Assembly: GCA_049967655.1 (NCBI GenBank)
Contig: JBMFSH010000020.1
Coordinates: 1 to 46,907, forward strand
Direction of reading: 5' to 3'
Length of the DNA: 46,907 nt
Source: Acidobacteriota bacterium
Lineage (GTDB): Bacteria > Acidobacteriota > UBA4820 > DSQY01
Part shown: positions 16,913-27,060 of the stretch, piece after piece
Layout of the letters: every line of letters begins with the position of its first letter
Position numbering within the stretch: the stretch's first letter is position 1
Notes under the pieces: generated by a model
Database searches by the model: none
Told to the model about the DNA's origin: nothing
Seen by the model: the letters and a program-made list of their open reading frames with translations, nothing else
Position numbers and translations under genes: made by a program

Positions 16913-17938
16913 TCACCCTTCGAGGTCCAGGAAAAGGCGAAGCCGGTAGCGGCGACCTTCCAGCTCGACGGGGATGTCCAGGGGCACACCGGGCAGCAGA
17001 CGGACTCGAGAGAGGGCCTCCATGGGCGTCTCCTCGGGAATCGCGACTCCCCCGCCGCTTCCCGATTCCGCCTTCGGTTTGCGGGCGGTGCCTGGAGCCC
17101 CCGTAGTTCCAAAGGGCGAATCCTCGCGGAAAACCTCCTCGAACAGGAGTTTGGTGGAATCTTCCGCGGCGGAGGCGAGGAGCGGATCCAGGGGGCTGCC
17201 CTGTTTCTCGGCACCGCTTACGCCCTCGGGGAGTAAGTCACCCCGTGCCGTTGGCCTTCCGTCCAGGGGCTCTGTACCCTCCAATGCCTCGCCCCATGGC
17301 CCTCCGCGGGACAACGGCGATGGGGGGGCCTCCATGCGCGGAAGGCCTTGCAGCGACTGGGCCAGAAGGGTCCGAAGCACCAGGGAGGTGATGGACTTGA
17401 GCGTGTCTTCGACACCCACGCCTTCGCTGGCGATTGCCTCGAAGAACGGGCGATTGGAGGGGTTGAGTTCGCGGTCGAGCTCCTCCAGGCTCAAGATGTC
17501 CTGAAGATCCCTCTTGTTGTACTGGATCACCATGGGCGTGGAATCGGGATCCAGCCCGTTGTCCCGGAGGTGCTCTTGGAGCTGCATCAGGGATTGGAGG
17601 TTGGCCTCGCGCATCCTTCTCTGGCTGTCGGCCACGAAGATGACCCCGTCAGCCCCCTTGAGAACCTTGCGGCGGGTATCTTCATAGAAGACCTGGCCGG
17701 GGACGGTGTAGAGCTGAACGCGCAGTTTGTGGCCTTGGACGGTGCCCAGCTCCAACGGGAGGAAGTCGAAGAAGATGGTGCGGTCGGCATCCGTAGACAG
17801 GGTGAGGAGCTGGCCGCGCTGGCTCTCGTCCATATTGTCGTACACGAACTGGATATTGCTCGTTTTACCGCCCAGACCGGGCCCATAGTAAACAATCTTG
17901 GCCGTAAGCTCCCGGGTCGTGCGGTTGATGAGCGCCAT
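16913..17938 (-). CDS. MglA-like small GTPase with long acidic linker and C-terminal extension
   Basis: KIVYYGPGLGGKT (G1), RTIFFDFLP (G2), YTVPGQV (G3), QYNKRD (G4). Confidence 0.88.
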   Translation of the reverse strand: MALINRTTRELTAKIVYYGPGLGGKTSNIQFVYDNMDESQRGQLLTLSTDADRTIFFDFLPLELGTVQGHKLRVQLYTVPGQVFYEDTRRKVLKGADGVIFVADSQRRMREANLQSLMQLQEHLRDNGLDPDSTPMVIQYNKRDLQDILSLEELDRELNPSNRPFFEAIASEGVGVEDTLKSITSLVLRTLLAQSLQGLPRMEAPPSPLSRGGPWGEALEGTEPLDGRPTARGDLLPEGVSGAEKQGSPLDPLLASAAEDSTKLLFEEVFREDSPFGTTGAPGTARKPKAESGSGGGVAIPEETPMEALSRVRLLPGVPLDIPVELEGRRYRLRLFLDLEG

Positions 17939-17956
17939 CGCCCCCCCTCGTCCGAA

Positions 17957-18304
17957 TCAGGAAAACATGTCTTCGAGAGCTTTCTCTTCCGAATCGTAAA
18001 TCTTGATGATCTCGTCGAGGCGGGTGAGCCGCATGAGCTTCAGGATAGTTTCGTTGGGCCTCACCAGCTTGAGACGCTTCCCGCTGTCCTCGAAGCGCGC
18101 CAGGTAGCCCACCACCTCACCCAAACCCGTGGAGTCCATGTAGTTGATGTTTTCCAGGTTGAGGATCACTCCCTCCACGCCCTCCTCGCCCAGGAGCTTG
18201 GCCAGCTCCCGGCTGAGTTGGCCGGCCGACTGCCCCAGCGTCACCTCGCCCGTGACGTCCAGAATGATCACGCTGTTGTCCAGTACCTTCTTCACGATCC
18301 TCAC
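17957..18304 (-). CDS. STAS-domain anti-sigma-factor antagonist
   Basis: LNLENINYMDSTGLG with the conserved phosphorylatable Ser; 115 aa. Confidence 0.92.
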   Translation of the reverse strand: MRIVKKVLDNSVIILDVTGEVTLGQSAGQLSRELAKLLGEEGVEGVILNLENINYMDSTGLGEVVGYLARFEDSGKRLKLVRPNETILKLMRLTRLDEIIKIYDSEEKALEDMFS

Positions 18305-19032
18305 GGCGAGCCGCCCGCATCCCCCGTCCTGTCGAGGGAGAAGAGACCCGTGATGGGCTGGCCCGAGGCGATCTCATAGCTGAACCAGGACCCGCGAACG
18401 CTCTTCTGGTCGTTGGAGAGCGTCCCGTCCAGTCGCCCCATCTTGCCGAACTTGGCGTCGATCCGTTCAAGGAAAATCTGGTTGTTGATGAAGGTACCCT
18501 GAAGGCTGCCGGCCTGGCCGTTGTCCAGCGTGTAATCGCCGGTCACGAGGGTGCCGTTTTGGGAGAGGTAGACGTCGCCGTGAGTGCCGGCCGGCATGAG
18601 CACGAGGGTCCAATGGCCATCAAGCACCTGCCGGGCCTCCTGGAGATGGGTCCGGAGCTTCTGGATCTCACCCTGAAGAACGCTCAGTTCGAGGTAGCCG
18701 TCGTGAAGCGAACGCAAAAGATCGAGCCTCTCCGTTTCCAGGCTCTGGCGGCGGGTGGCGTTGCGCAACAGCGCCTCGGCCCGGTCCGCGTTCTTGGCAT
18801 CCGTTTCGGAGGCGGCCTGCTCGTCCGAAGAGACCAGGTCCTTAATCTGCGAATCGAGCTGGGCAAGGCCCCTCCACTTGGCCGCCATCAACGCCTGCTG
18901 GGAAGTCTGCATGGCTTCCAGCGCGGCCAGCCGCATTTTCTGGATATCCCTTCCCCCGTCCGCGGCGAGCGCGCACACACCTATGCCCACCGCTAGCAGA
19001 ACTGGCAGTTTCTTGATCATGGCCGTCTCCAT
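18301..19032 (-). CDS. Secreted protein: signal peptide, coiled coil and C-terminal beta-rich domain
   Basis: MIKKLPVLLAVGIGVCALA signal-like segment, heptad-like middle region, Gly-rich beta-strand C-terminus. Start is either 19032 (leaderless) or 19020 (GGAG SD). Stop overlaps the STAS start. Confidence 0.75.
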   Translation of the reverse strand: METAMIKKLPVLLAVGIGVCALAADGGRDIQKMRLAALEAMQTSQQALMAAKWRGLAQLDSQIKDLVSSDEQAASETDAKNADRAEALLRNATRRQSLETERLDLLRSLHDGYLELSVLQGEIQKLRTHLQEARQVLDGHWTLVLMPAGTHGDVYLSQNGTLVTGDYTLDNGQAGSLQGTFINNQIFLERIDAKFGKMGRLDGTLSNDQKSVRGSWFSYEIASGQPITGLFSLDRTGDAGGSP

Positions 19033-19153
19033 GCTGCGAAGATAGCATAGGGGCACCACCTCGGCAAGCTCGCGACCGCGGCCGTCAGGCCCTGAGACCC
19101 GATGAGGGCCGCCACCCCGGGGGATGTGCTAGTGTTGAGCGCGGAGGGGTGGC

Positions 19154-20419
19154 ATGGCGAAGGAACGGGCACTTCTCGTCGGTCTGGTCCTCCAGAACGT
19201 GCCCCTGCACCGCGTGGAGGAGTACCTGGACGAACTGGCCTCGCTGGTGGACACGGCTGGCGGCGTGGTTGTGCGGCGAGAGGTCCAGTCGCGGGACCAT
19301 CCCGATCCCGCCACCTTCGTCGGGCGCGGCAAGGCCGAAGAGCTGGGGAGGCTCTGCGCTGCCGAAGGGATCAAGCTCGTGGTGTTCGACGACGATCTGA
19401 CGCCTGCGCAGGTCCGGAACCTGGAAAAGGCCGTGGGCGTCAGGGTGACGGATCGGACGGGAGTCATTCTGGACATCTTCGCCCGCCGAGCGCGAACTCG
19501 CGAGGCCAAAACCCAGGTGGAGCTCGCTCAGTACACCTACCTCCTACCGCGCCTCACCCGCGCATGGACGCATCTATCCAGGCAGGCCGGAGGCATTGGC
19601 ACGAGGGGTGTGGGTGAAACTCAGCTCGAAACGGACCGGCGGGTGATCCGCCGCCGGATCGCCGTTCTCACCCGTGACCTGCGGCGTATTGCCGATCAGC
19701 GCGAGGTCCAGCGAAGGAGCCGCGAGGAGACCTTCGAGGTGGCCCTCGTGGGCTACACCAACGTGGGCAAGTCCTCCCTCATGAACAGGCTGACGGCGGC
19801 GCACGTGGCCGTGGAGGACCGGCTCTTCTCGACGCTGGACACCACCTTCCGTAGGATGCCGTCGGACAGGGCCGGCCTTCCGATCGTGCTCATCGACACC
19901 GTGGGTCTCGTGCGCAAGCTGCCCCATCACCTGGTCGCCTCCTTTCGATCTACCCTGGAGCAGGCGAGCGAGGCCGACCTGATCCTCCACGTGGTGGATG
20001 TCAGCCACCCCTCCTTCGAGGAGCAGGCCGTCACCACCCTGGAGGTCCTCGCCGACCTCCATATGGACAAGATTCCCGTCTTGACCGTGCTGAACAAGGT
20101 GGACTGCACCGGCGAAGGCGTCCTCGCACGCGCAGGGAGCCTCTACCCGGATTCGGTGGCGGTGTCCGCGGCCACCGGGGAGGGCCTCGACCAACTGCGC
20201 GAGGCGGTATCGACGGCCGCCCGCCGCGCTACGGCGGGCCGGACCCTCTTCGTCCCGTACGAGGCCTGGCCACGATTCGTCACCTTGCGAACCGGCTACC
20301 GCACGCTCCGGGAGCACTACGAAAACGATGGCGTGACTGTGGTGCTTCGGGCAGGCGAGGAGGAGGTGGCCGAGCTCGCCGCCCGCCTGGGAATTCCCGC
20401 CGAGCACCGAGAAAACTAG
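19154..20419 (+). CDS. hflX: Ribosome-associated GTPase HflX
   Basis: ILDIFARRA.TREAKTQVELAQ, GYTNVGKSS, LFSTLDT, DTVG, NKVD. Confidence 0.96.
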   Translation: MAKERALLVGLVLQNVPLHRVEEYLDELASLVDTAGGVVVRREVQSRDHPDPATFVGRGKAEELGRLCAAEGIKLVVFDDDLTPAQVRNLEKAVGVRVTDRTGVILDIFARRARTREAKTQVELAQYTYLLPRLTRAWTHLSRQAGGIGTRGVGETQLETDRRVIRRRIAVLTRDLRRIADQREVQRRSREETFEVALVGYTNVGKSSLMNRLTAAHVAVEDRLFSTLDTTFRRMPSDRAGLPIVLIDTVGLVRKLPHHLVASFRSTLEQASEADLILHVVDVSHPSFEEQAVTTLEVLADLHMDKIPVLTVLNKVDCTGEGVLARAGSLYPDSVAVSAATGEGLDQLREAVSTAARRATAGRTLFVPYEAWPRFVTLRTGYRTLREHYENDGVTVVLRAGEEEVAELAARLGIPAEHREN

Positions 20420-20535
20420 GTCGAGAAACTCTCCCCGCCTTCCCGGGATTGCGTTTCAGTAACGGACTTGCTACACTCTCGCCTCGTGAGGCCGGGGGGG
20501 GATCTACCCCACATAACGCGACGAGGGAAAAAACC

Positions 20536-21153
20536 ATGAGATTCTCTCTGGCTCCCCGTGAGGTGCGCTTCTTCGATATGTTCGAAGCATCGGTGGAGGT
20601 CGTGCTCAAGGGTGCCCGCCTCTTCAGCGAGATGCTCCACGACTACACCGATACCCCGCAGAAGGCCAAGGGCATCAAGGCCGTCGAGCTCGAAGGCGAC
20701 CAGAATACCCACCAACTCATGGACGCCCTCAACCGCTCCTTCATGACGCCCATAGACCGCGACGACATCTGCGCGCTCAACTCGGGCCTGGACGACATCC
20801 TCGACTGCGTAGAGGCGCTCGCAAGCCGCATGGTGCTCTTCAAGATCCAGGAGCCCACACCGGAGATGTGCGAGTTCGCGGACCTCCTGCTGGAGGCGGT
20901 GGAGCACTTGGCTGGAGCCGTCCATTCGCTTCGGAAGATGGACACACTCATGCTCTACTGCCGCGAGGTAAAACGGCTGGAAAACCTGGGGGACGACCTG
21001 AGCCGGAAGGTCATATCGGACCTCTTCGAAAAGGAGGGGGACCCGATCCGGATCATCAAGCTCAAGGAGATCTACGGCCGCATGGAATCGGCCATGGACC
21101 GTTGCGAGGACGTGGCCAACATCATCGAAACCATCTACGCGAAAAATGGCTAA
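20536..21153 (+). CDS. DUF47 / PhoU-like phosphate transport regulator
   Basis: E.EGD...LNRSFMTPIDRDDI...LDDILD...LKEIY..ME...DRCEDVAN; directly upstream of PiT. Confidence 0.92.
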   Translation: MRFSLAPREVRFFDMFEASVEVVLKGARLFSEMLHDYTDTPQKAKGIKAVELEGDQNTHQLMDALNRSFMTPIDRDDICALNSGLDDILDCVEALASRMVLFKIQEPTPEMCEFADLLLEAVEHLAGAVHSLRKMDTLMLYCREVKRLENLGDDLSRKVISDLFEKEGDPIRIIKLKEIYGRMESAMDRCEDVANIIETIYAKNG

Positions 21154-22138
21154 CCCGCTCTGGTTTTTCATCCTCTTCGTCGCCACCGCCCTTTTCTTCG
21201 ACTACATCAACGGCTTTCACGACACGGCCAACTCCATCGCCACGACGGTCCTGACGGGCGCCCTCTCCATTCCCAAGGCCCTCATGCTGGCGGCGGCCCT
21301 CAACTTCGTGGGCGCCTTCCTGGACAAGGCCGTCGCCACAACCATTGGAAAGGGCATCGTGGACCCGCATACGGTGACTCTCTCCGTGGTCTACTCCGCC
21401 CTTCTCGGCGCCATCGCCTGGAACCTCATCACCTGGTGGAAGGGACTTCCCTCCTCCTCCTCCCACGCCCTGATAGGCGGCATCGTAGGGGCGGTGGTAG
21501 CCCGGTACGGCTTCGGCGTCTTTCACCCCAGCGGCCTGAAGCTCATCATCGCAGCGCTCCTCCTCTCGCCCCTCATGGGCCTGGTCGTGGGGCACCTCTT
21601 CATGACCGCCATCGGTTGGACTTTCCGCCATTTCAGACCCAGTGCCCTGAACCACTACTTCAAGTTCTTCCAGATCCTGTCGGCGTCGGCCATGGCCCTC
21701 GCCCACGGCGCCAACGACGCCCAGAAGACCATGGGGCTGATCACCATGGCTCTCGCCAGCGCTGGATTCCTGCCGAGCTTCGAGGTGCCCCTGTGGGTGG
21801 TGGCCTCTTGCGCCGCCGCCATGGCCCTGGGTACGGCCGCGGGAGGTTGGCGGATCATCAAGACGGTGGACCGCCAGGTCCTGACGCTTCAACCCGTCCA
21901 CGGCTTCGCCGCGGAGACCTCGGGCGCGGGCGTGATCTTTCTGGCGACCGCTCTCGGAGCGCCCGTCTCGACCACGCACGTCATCTCGTCGGCCATCATG
22001 GGCGTTGGTTCGGCCCAGAGGCTCAGCGGAGTCCGCTGGAATGTGGTGAAGCAGATCGTCTTCGCCTGGATCCTCACTCTGCCGATCTCCGCCCTATTCG
22101 CCGGCACGGCGAGCTGGCTCTTCCACTTCATTCGTTAG
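21146..22138 (+). CDS. pit: Inorganic phosphate transporter (PiT family)
   Basis: NGFHDTANSIAT, PSSSSHALIGG, HGANDAQKTMG, PVSTTH. Confidence 0.95.
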   Translation: MANPLWFFILFVATALFFDYINGFHDTANSIATTVLTGALSIPKALMLAAALNFVGAFLDKAVATTIGKGIVDPHTVTLSVVYSALLGAIAWNLITWWKGLPSSSSHALIGGIVGAVVARYGFGVFHPSGLKLIIAALLLSPLMGLVVGHLFMTAIGWTFRHFRPSALNHYFKFFQILSASAMALAHGANDAQKTMGLITMALASAGFLPSFEVPLWVVASCAAAMALGTAAGGWRIIKTVDRQVLTLQPVHGFAAETSGAGVIFLATALGAPVSTTHVISSAIMGVGSAQRLSGVRWNVVKQIVFAWILTLPISALFAGTASWLFHFIR

Positions 22139-22194
22139 GCGCGCTTGCCCTCCCACCGACACGGCGGTAGCCTACGGCCACCCCGGGAGGCGGA

Positions 22195-24603
22195 ATGGCT
22201 CGTCAAAAGAGAGTAAAACAGGGCGCCGAAAAGCGAGAAAGCGGACGGACGCGCCTGCGCATCCGCTGCACCGGCCTTGTCCAGGGGGTGGGGTTCCGCC
22301 CGGCCGTGCACCGCCTCGCCACGGCCATGGGACTAGCCGGTTGGGTCCTGAACGGGCCGGACGGGGTGGTCATCGAGGTGGAAGGCGCGGGGGACTTGCC
22401 GCGGCGCTTTGCGCAGGCCCTTCCCAACTGCCTGCCGCCCTTGGCCCGCCTGGAGAGCCTGAACCTGGAACCGCAGGCTCCCCTGGCAGAAACCTCCTTT
22501 GAGGTGAGGGCATCGGAGCTCGGCGCCCGGGGCAGAGCCCTGGTGCCCCCCGACGTGGCACTGTGCGCCGATTGCCGCCGGGAGATGGACGAGGCCGCAG
22601 ACCGGCGGTTTCACTACCCTTTCACCACCTGCACCAACTGCGGGCCGCGCTTCTCGCTGGTTCGCTCCCTCCCCTACGACCGCGAGCGCACCTCCATGTC
22701 GTGCTTCCCTCTCTGCGAGGCCTGCCGGACGGAGTATGAGAATCCAGTGGACCGGCGCTTCCACGCCGAACCGGTCTGTTGTCCCGAGTGCGGTCCCAAG
22801 CTCTGGCTCTGTGCGCCGGACGGAGCCCGGCTGGCTCTCGGCGCGGAGGCGCTGGAGGAGGCCCGGCAGGCGCTGGCTCGCGGGTCCATCGTCGCCGTCA
22901 AGGGCATGGGCGGGTTCCAGCTCGCGTGCCGTGCGAACGACGAACGAGCTGTGGCCGAGCTTCGCGCGCGGAAACATCGGCCGCGCAAACCCTTCGCCGT
23001 GATGGTCCGGGACCTGCCGACGGCCCGGAGTCTGGCGCGGCTCTCGGTGGAGGGTGAAGCGCTCATGGCCTCGCCCCGCTCGCCGGTGGTCCTCGCCCCG
23101 CGGTGGGAGCCCTCTCCCCTCGCCTCGAACGTTGCTCCGGGCATCGGCGATCTGGGCCTCCTCCTACCCACCACACCGCTTCATGTCGAGCTTTTCCGCG
23201 GCGCGGTTTACGACGCGTTGGTCATGACCTCCGGAAACCTCTCGGAGGAGCCCATCTGCCTGGGGAACCGCGAGGCCCTCGCGCGCCTAGCCGGGCTGGC
23301 CGACCTCTTCCTGCTCCACGACCGCGATATCCTTCGCCGGGTAGACGACTCGGTCGTGCGGCTCTGCCAAGGGGAGGCGGTGATGGTCCGCCGGGCGAGG
23401 GGCTACGTGCCCGAACCCCTGGAACTCCCGAAGCCGGCCGCGGAACCCGTGCTCGCCCTCGGAGGCCACCTTCAGGCCACCGCCTGCCTGGCGGCGGGAG
23501 ACCGTGCCTTCCTCTCCCAGCACGTCGGAGACCTCGAGGGTGACGCGGCGAGGGGCTTTCTGGTCGAGGCGGCGCTAGGCCTCGAAGAGTTCCTCGAGGT
23601 GCGGGCGCGCCTGCTCGTTGTGGACGAGCATCCCGACTATCCCAGCGCCTGGAAAGGCGAAGAGATGGCCCGTGAGCGGGGGGGACGCCTGCTTCGGGCA
23701 CAGCACCACCTCGCCCATGCCGCCGCGGTCCTGGCGGAGAACGGAGTCTTTCCCCAGGGCGAGGAGACCGGGGCCGCGCTAGTTCTCGACGGGACCGGCT
23801 GGGGGAGGGATGGAGAGGCGTGGGGGGCCGAATGGCTCCTCCTGGAGGGGGTGGGACGCTGGCGGCGGCGCCCCCTTCTGTCAAGCGTGCCGCTGGTGGG
23901 AGGAGAGCAGGCGGTGCGGGCGCCCTGGCGAGTGGCGGCGGCGGCTCTGGCCCTGGAGGATGCTGACCTGCTCTCTGCGGATCTCCCCATGATGCACGTG
24001 GTGCCGCGGGCGCTCGCCGCCCAGGTGGGTGGCCTGGCGAAAGGACCGTGGCCCATGGCCTGCGGCGCGGGCAGGCTGTTCGAGGCGGGCGGGGCCCTCC
24101 TCGGCCTCGCGGTCGAGAACGACTGGGAGGGGGAGGCCGCCGCCCGGTTGGAGACCCTCGCCGCTCAGTACCAAGGTCCCGCACCCTTCTGGGACGAAGT
24201 GGCGCTGAAGCCACGGGGAGAAGGAGTGATCCTGCCCTTTGGCGCTCTGCTCGCCGCCGCCGCGCGCCGCCTCGTGGACGGCGAGGGGCCGGCCGCGGTC
24301 GCCGCCGGCTTTCACGAGACCTTCTGCCGTCTCGCCGCGCGTTGCAGGCCCACCGACTGGTTCTCGGGGCGGCCCGGGGTCGTGGCGCTGGGGGGTGGAT
24401 GCCTCGTGAACCGGCTCCTCCTCGGCGGCCTCAAGCGCGCCATCGGTGAAGCCGGGGCCGAGGTGGTCGTGGCCCGTCGGCTCCCCCCCGGCGACGGCGG
24501 TCTCTCCTACGGTCAGGCGGTTCTGACCTGCTCGCTCGCGCCGGGACTCCCCGGCTGGGAACTCAGTTCCTCTTGTTTTCCTCGGTCGCGCGGCCGAAGA
24601 TAA
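22195..24603 (+). CDS. hypF: Hydrogenase maturation carbamoyltransferase
   Basis: Acylphosphatase VQGVGFRP, zinc fingers CxxC-x18-CxxC (x2), KGMGGFQL, QHHLAH, DGTGWG, PPGDGGLSYGQ. Confidence 0.96.
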   Translation: MARQKRVKQGAEKRESGRTRLRIRCTGLVQGVGFRPAVHRLATAMGLAGWVLNGPDGVVIEVEGAGDLPRRFAQALPNCLPPLARLESLNLEPQAPLAETSFEVRASELGARGRALVPPDVALCADCRREMDEAADRRFHYPFTTCTNCGPRFSLVRSLPYDRERTSMSCFPLCEACRTEYENPVDRRFHAEPVCCPECGPKLWLCAPDGARLALGAEALEEARQALARGSIVAVKGMGGFQLACRANDERAVAELRARKHRPRKPFAVMVRDLPTARSLARLSVEGEALMASPRSPVVLAPRWEPSPLASNVAPGIGDLGLLLPTTPLHVELFRGAVYDALVMTSGNLSEEPICLGNREALARLAGLADLFLLHDRDILRRVDDSVVRLCQGEAVMVRRARGYVPEPLELPKPAAEPVLALGGHLQATACLAAGDRAFLSQHVGDLEGDAARGFLVEAALGLEEFLEVRARLLVVDEHPDYPSAWKGEEMARERGGRLLRAQHHLAHAAAVLAENGVFPQGEETGAALVLDGTGWGRDGEAWGAEWLLLEGVGRWRRRPLLSSVPLVGGEQAVRAPWRVAAAALALEDADLLSADLPMMHVVPRALAAQVGGLAKGPWPMACGAGRLFEAGGALLGLAVENDWEGEAAARLETLAAQYQGPAPFWDEVALKPRGEGVILPFGALLAAAARRLVDGEGPAAVAAGFHETFCRLAARCRPTDWFSGRPGVVALGGGCLVNRLLLGGLKRAIGEAGAEVVVARRLPPGDGGLSYGQAVLTCSLAPGLPGWELSSSCFPRSRGRR

Positions 24604-24676
24604 AATGGTCTTCGGCGGGTTACGCTTCGGTGAGGATCGCGTTCTTTTGTGCCGCCCAACTTCAAGGAGTCCGTGC

Positions 24677-24904
24677 ATGTGCTTGGCCATCCCCATGGAA
24701 CTCAAGGAGCGCGACGAGTACGAGGGCATCGTGGAGCTGGGAGGGGTGCAGCGCAGGGTCTCCCTCCTGCTCTTCCCGGAAGCCGCCGTGGGCGACCACC
24801 TGCTGATTCACGCTGGCTTTGCCATCGGCCGGGTCGATGCCGAAGAGGCCCGCCTGACCATCGAAGGGCTGGAGCGGCTCGCCGCCGAAGCGCACCCCTC
24901 ATGA
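24677..24904 (+). CDS. hypC: Hydrogenase assembly chaperone
   Basis: N-terminal MCLAIP and LIHAGFAI; AAGGAG SD. Confidence 0.95.
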   Translation: MCLAIPMELKERDEYEGIVELGGVQRRVSLLLFPEAAVGDHLLIHAGFAIGRVDAEEARLTIEGLERLAAEAHPS

Positions 24905-26010
24905 TCTCCCAAGAACCGTTCCGCGATCCCCGCCTTCTCGACACCCTCTTCGAGGCCATCCGGAGCGAGGCGGCGCTCGCGGGGCGCCGTTTCAGCTTCA
25001 TGGAGGTGTGCGGCACCCACACCCACGCCATCGCCGAGGCGGGGCTGAGACGGCGGCTCGGTCCGCAAGTCCGCCTGATCTCGGGCCCCGGGTGTCCCGT
25101 CTGCGTGACACCCGTGGAGTACCTGGACCGCGCGATCGAGCTGGGCCGCCTCCCCGGCGTCCGCCTCGCCACCTTCGGGGACCTCTTCCGCGTGCCTTCC
25201 AGCCGGGGCAGCCTCGAAAGCGCGGCGGCAGAGGGGCTCCGCGTGGAGGTCGTCTACTCCCCGATGGATGCCCTCACCCTGGCCTCCGCCCATCCGGAGG
25301 AGCGGGTCGTATTCCTGGCCGTGGGATTCGAGACCACGGCGCCGGCCATGGCCGCCACCCTGGCCGAGGCCGACCGCCTGGACATCCGCAACTTCTATAT
25401 TTTGAGCGGGCATAAGGTGGTCCCTCCGCCGCTGCGGCTGTTGGCCTCGGATCCGGGGCTGGCCCTCGACGGCCTGCTTCTTCCCGGTCACGTGAGCGTG
25501 ATCACGGGCTGGGGGGTCTTCGACTTTCTGGCCACCAACTTCGGCCTCCCATCGGCGGTGGTCGGCTTCACCCCGGCCGACATCCTCCTGGGCGTGCTCG
25601 AACTCGTCCGCCAGCGCCGCAAGGGAGAAGCCCGCGTGGCTAACCTTTACGGCAGGGCCGTCCGCAGGGAGGAGAACGCGGAGGCACGTCGTCTCATGGA
25701 CCGCTACTTCACCCCTATCGACTCGGACTGGAGGGGCATGGGTGTGATTCCCGGCTCCGGGTTGGCCCTCCGTCCGGAATGGGCCGAGCGCGACGCGGGG
25801 CTCTGGCCCGCCATCCTGCCCGAACCGATGGAACCGGCGGGTTGCCGGTGCGGGGAGGTACTCAAGGGCACCATCTCGCCTCCCGAGTGCCCCCTCTTCG
25901 CCGCCGCGTGCGACCCGGATTCCCCAGTGGGTGCCTGCATGGTCTCCAGCGAAGGCACTTGCGCCGCGTGGTATCGCCATGAGCGCTACCGCGGGGAGGC
26001 GGCGCCGTGA
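24901..26010 (+). CDS. hypD: Hydrogenase formation protein
   Basis: MEVCGTHT, GPGCPVC, GFETT, PGHVS, GACMVSSEGTCAA. Confidence 0.96.
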   Translation: MISQEPFRDPRLLDTLFEAIRSEAALAGRRFSFMEVCGTHTHAIAEAGLRRRLGPQVRLISGPGCPVCVTPVEYLDRAIELGRLPGVRLATFGDLFRVPSSRGSLESAAAEGLRVEVVYSPMDALTLASAHPEERVVFLAVGFETTAPAMAATLAEADRLDIRNFYILSGHKVVPPPLRLLASDPGLALDGLLLPGHVSVITGWGVFDFLATNFGLPSAVVGFTPADILLGVLELVRQRRKGEARVANLYGRAVRREENAEARRLMDRYFTPIDSDWRGMGVIPGSGLALRPEWAERDAGLWPAILPEPMEPAGCRCGEVLKGTISPPECPLFAAACDPDSPVGACMVSSEGTCAAWYRHERYRGEAAP

Positions 26011-27026
26011 CCCTGCCGGACCGCATCCTCCTGGCTCACGGGGCCGGCGGGCGCAAGACCCGAGAGCTCATCGAAGAGCTCCTCCTCCCGTCTTTGAGCA
26101 ACGAGTTCCTGGCCACCCTTTCGGACGCGGCCGTCATGCCCCGCCTTCCGGAGGGCCGTCCGGCCCTCACCACGGACGGCTTCGTCGTGGACCCTCCCCT
26201 CTTTCCGGGCGGCGACTTGGGCTACCTTTCGGTCTGCGGCACGGTCAACGACCTGAGCGTGGCCGGCGCCGAACCCCTTTGGCTCACCTGGAGCCTCATC
26301 CTCGAAGAGGGGCTGGAGACATCGCTGCTCCGCACCTGCCTCGAAGGCGCCGTGCGGGCCGCGCGAGAAGCTGGGGTGCGCATCGTGGCCGGGGACACGA
26401 AGGTGGTGCCCAAGGGCAAGGGAGACCGGCTGTTCATCACCACGGCCGGCCTGGGCGTCGTTCCTCCCGGGCGCGAGCTGGGCGATCACCGCGTGCTCCC
26501 CGGAGACGTCATCCTGGCCACCGGGCTGCTGGGGGACCACGGAGCCACCATCATGGCCAGCCGTCACGGCATGAGCGGGGCGGCGCTCCGGTCCGACTGC
26601 GCCCCCCTGAACGGCCTCATAGCCGCCCTGCTGGCCTCAGGGGCCGAGGTCCACTCCCTGCACGATCCCACAAGGGGAGGTGCCCTCGTCACCTGCCACG
26701 AGGTCTGTGCCCGCACGGGATTGAGGATGGTCCTCGAGGAGGCCCACCTGCCCGTTCGGGCGGAGGTGGCGGCCCTCTGCGAACTGCTCGGCCTTGCCCC
26801 TGTGGCCATGCCGTGTGAGGGACGGGCCCTGATCTGGGTGAAGGAATCGGACGCACCCCTTGCCATCGAGGTACTCCGCAGCCACCCGCTTGGACGAGGG
26901 GCGTGCGCCATCGGAAGGGCCGAGGCCCCGAGGAAGGACCGCTCTCCCGTGGCCATGAGGGCGCCCACGGGAGAGGAGCGGCCGCTAGACCTGCGCGCGG
27001 GCGCCGACCTGCCAAGAATCTGCTGA
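26007..27026 (+). CDS. hypE: Hydrogenase carbamoyl dehydratase
   Basis: LAHGAGG, GTVNDL, GDTKVV, DPTRGG, C-terminal PRIC. Confidence 0.96.
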   Translation: MTLPDRILLAHGAGGRKTRELIEELLLPSLSNEFLATLSDAAVMPRLPEGRPALTTDGFVVDPPLFPGGDLGYLSVCGTVNDLSVAGAEPLWLTWSLILEEGLETSLLRTCLEGAVRAAREAGVRIVAGDTKVVPKGKGDRLFITTAGLGVVPPGRELGDHRVLPGDVILATGLLGDHGATIMASRHGMSGAALRSDCAPLNGLIAALLASGAEVHSLHDPTRGGALVTCHEVCARTGLRMVLEEAHLPVRAEVAALCELLGLAPVAMPCEGRALIWVKESDAPLAIEVLRSHPLGRGACAIGRAEAPRKDRSPVAMRAPTGEERPLDLRAGADLPRIC

Positions 27027-27060
27027 GAGGGGCGCCGCAAAGCCCCCACCGGGGAGGGAC

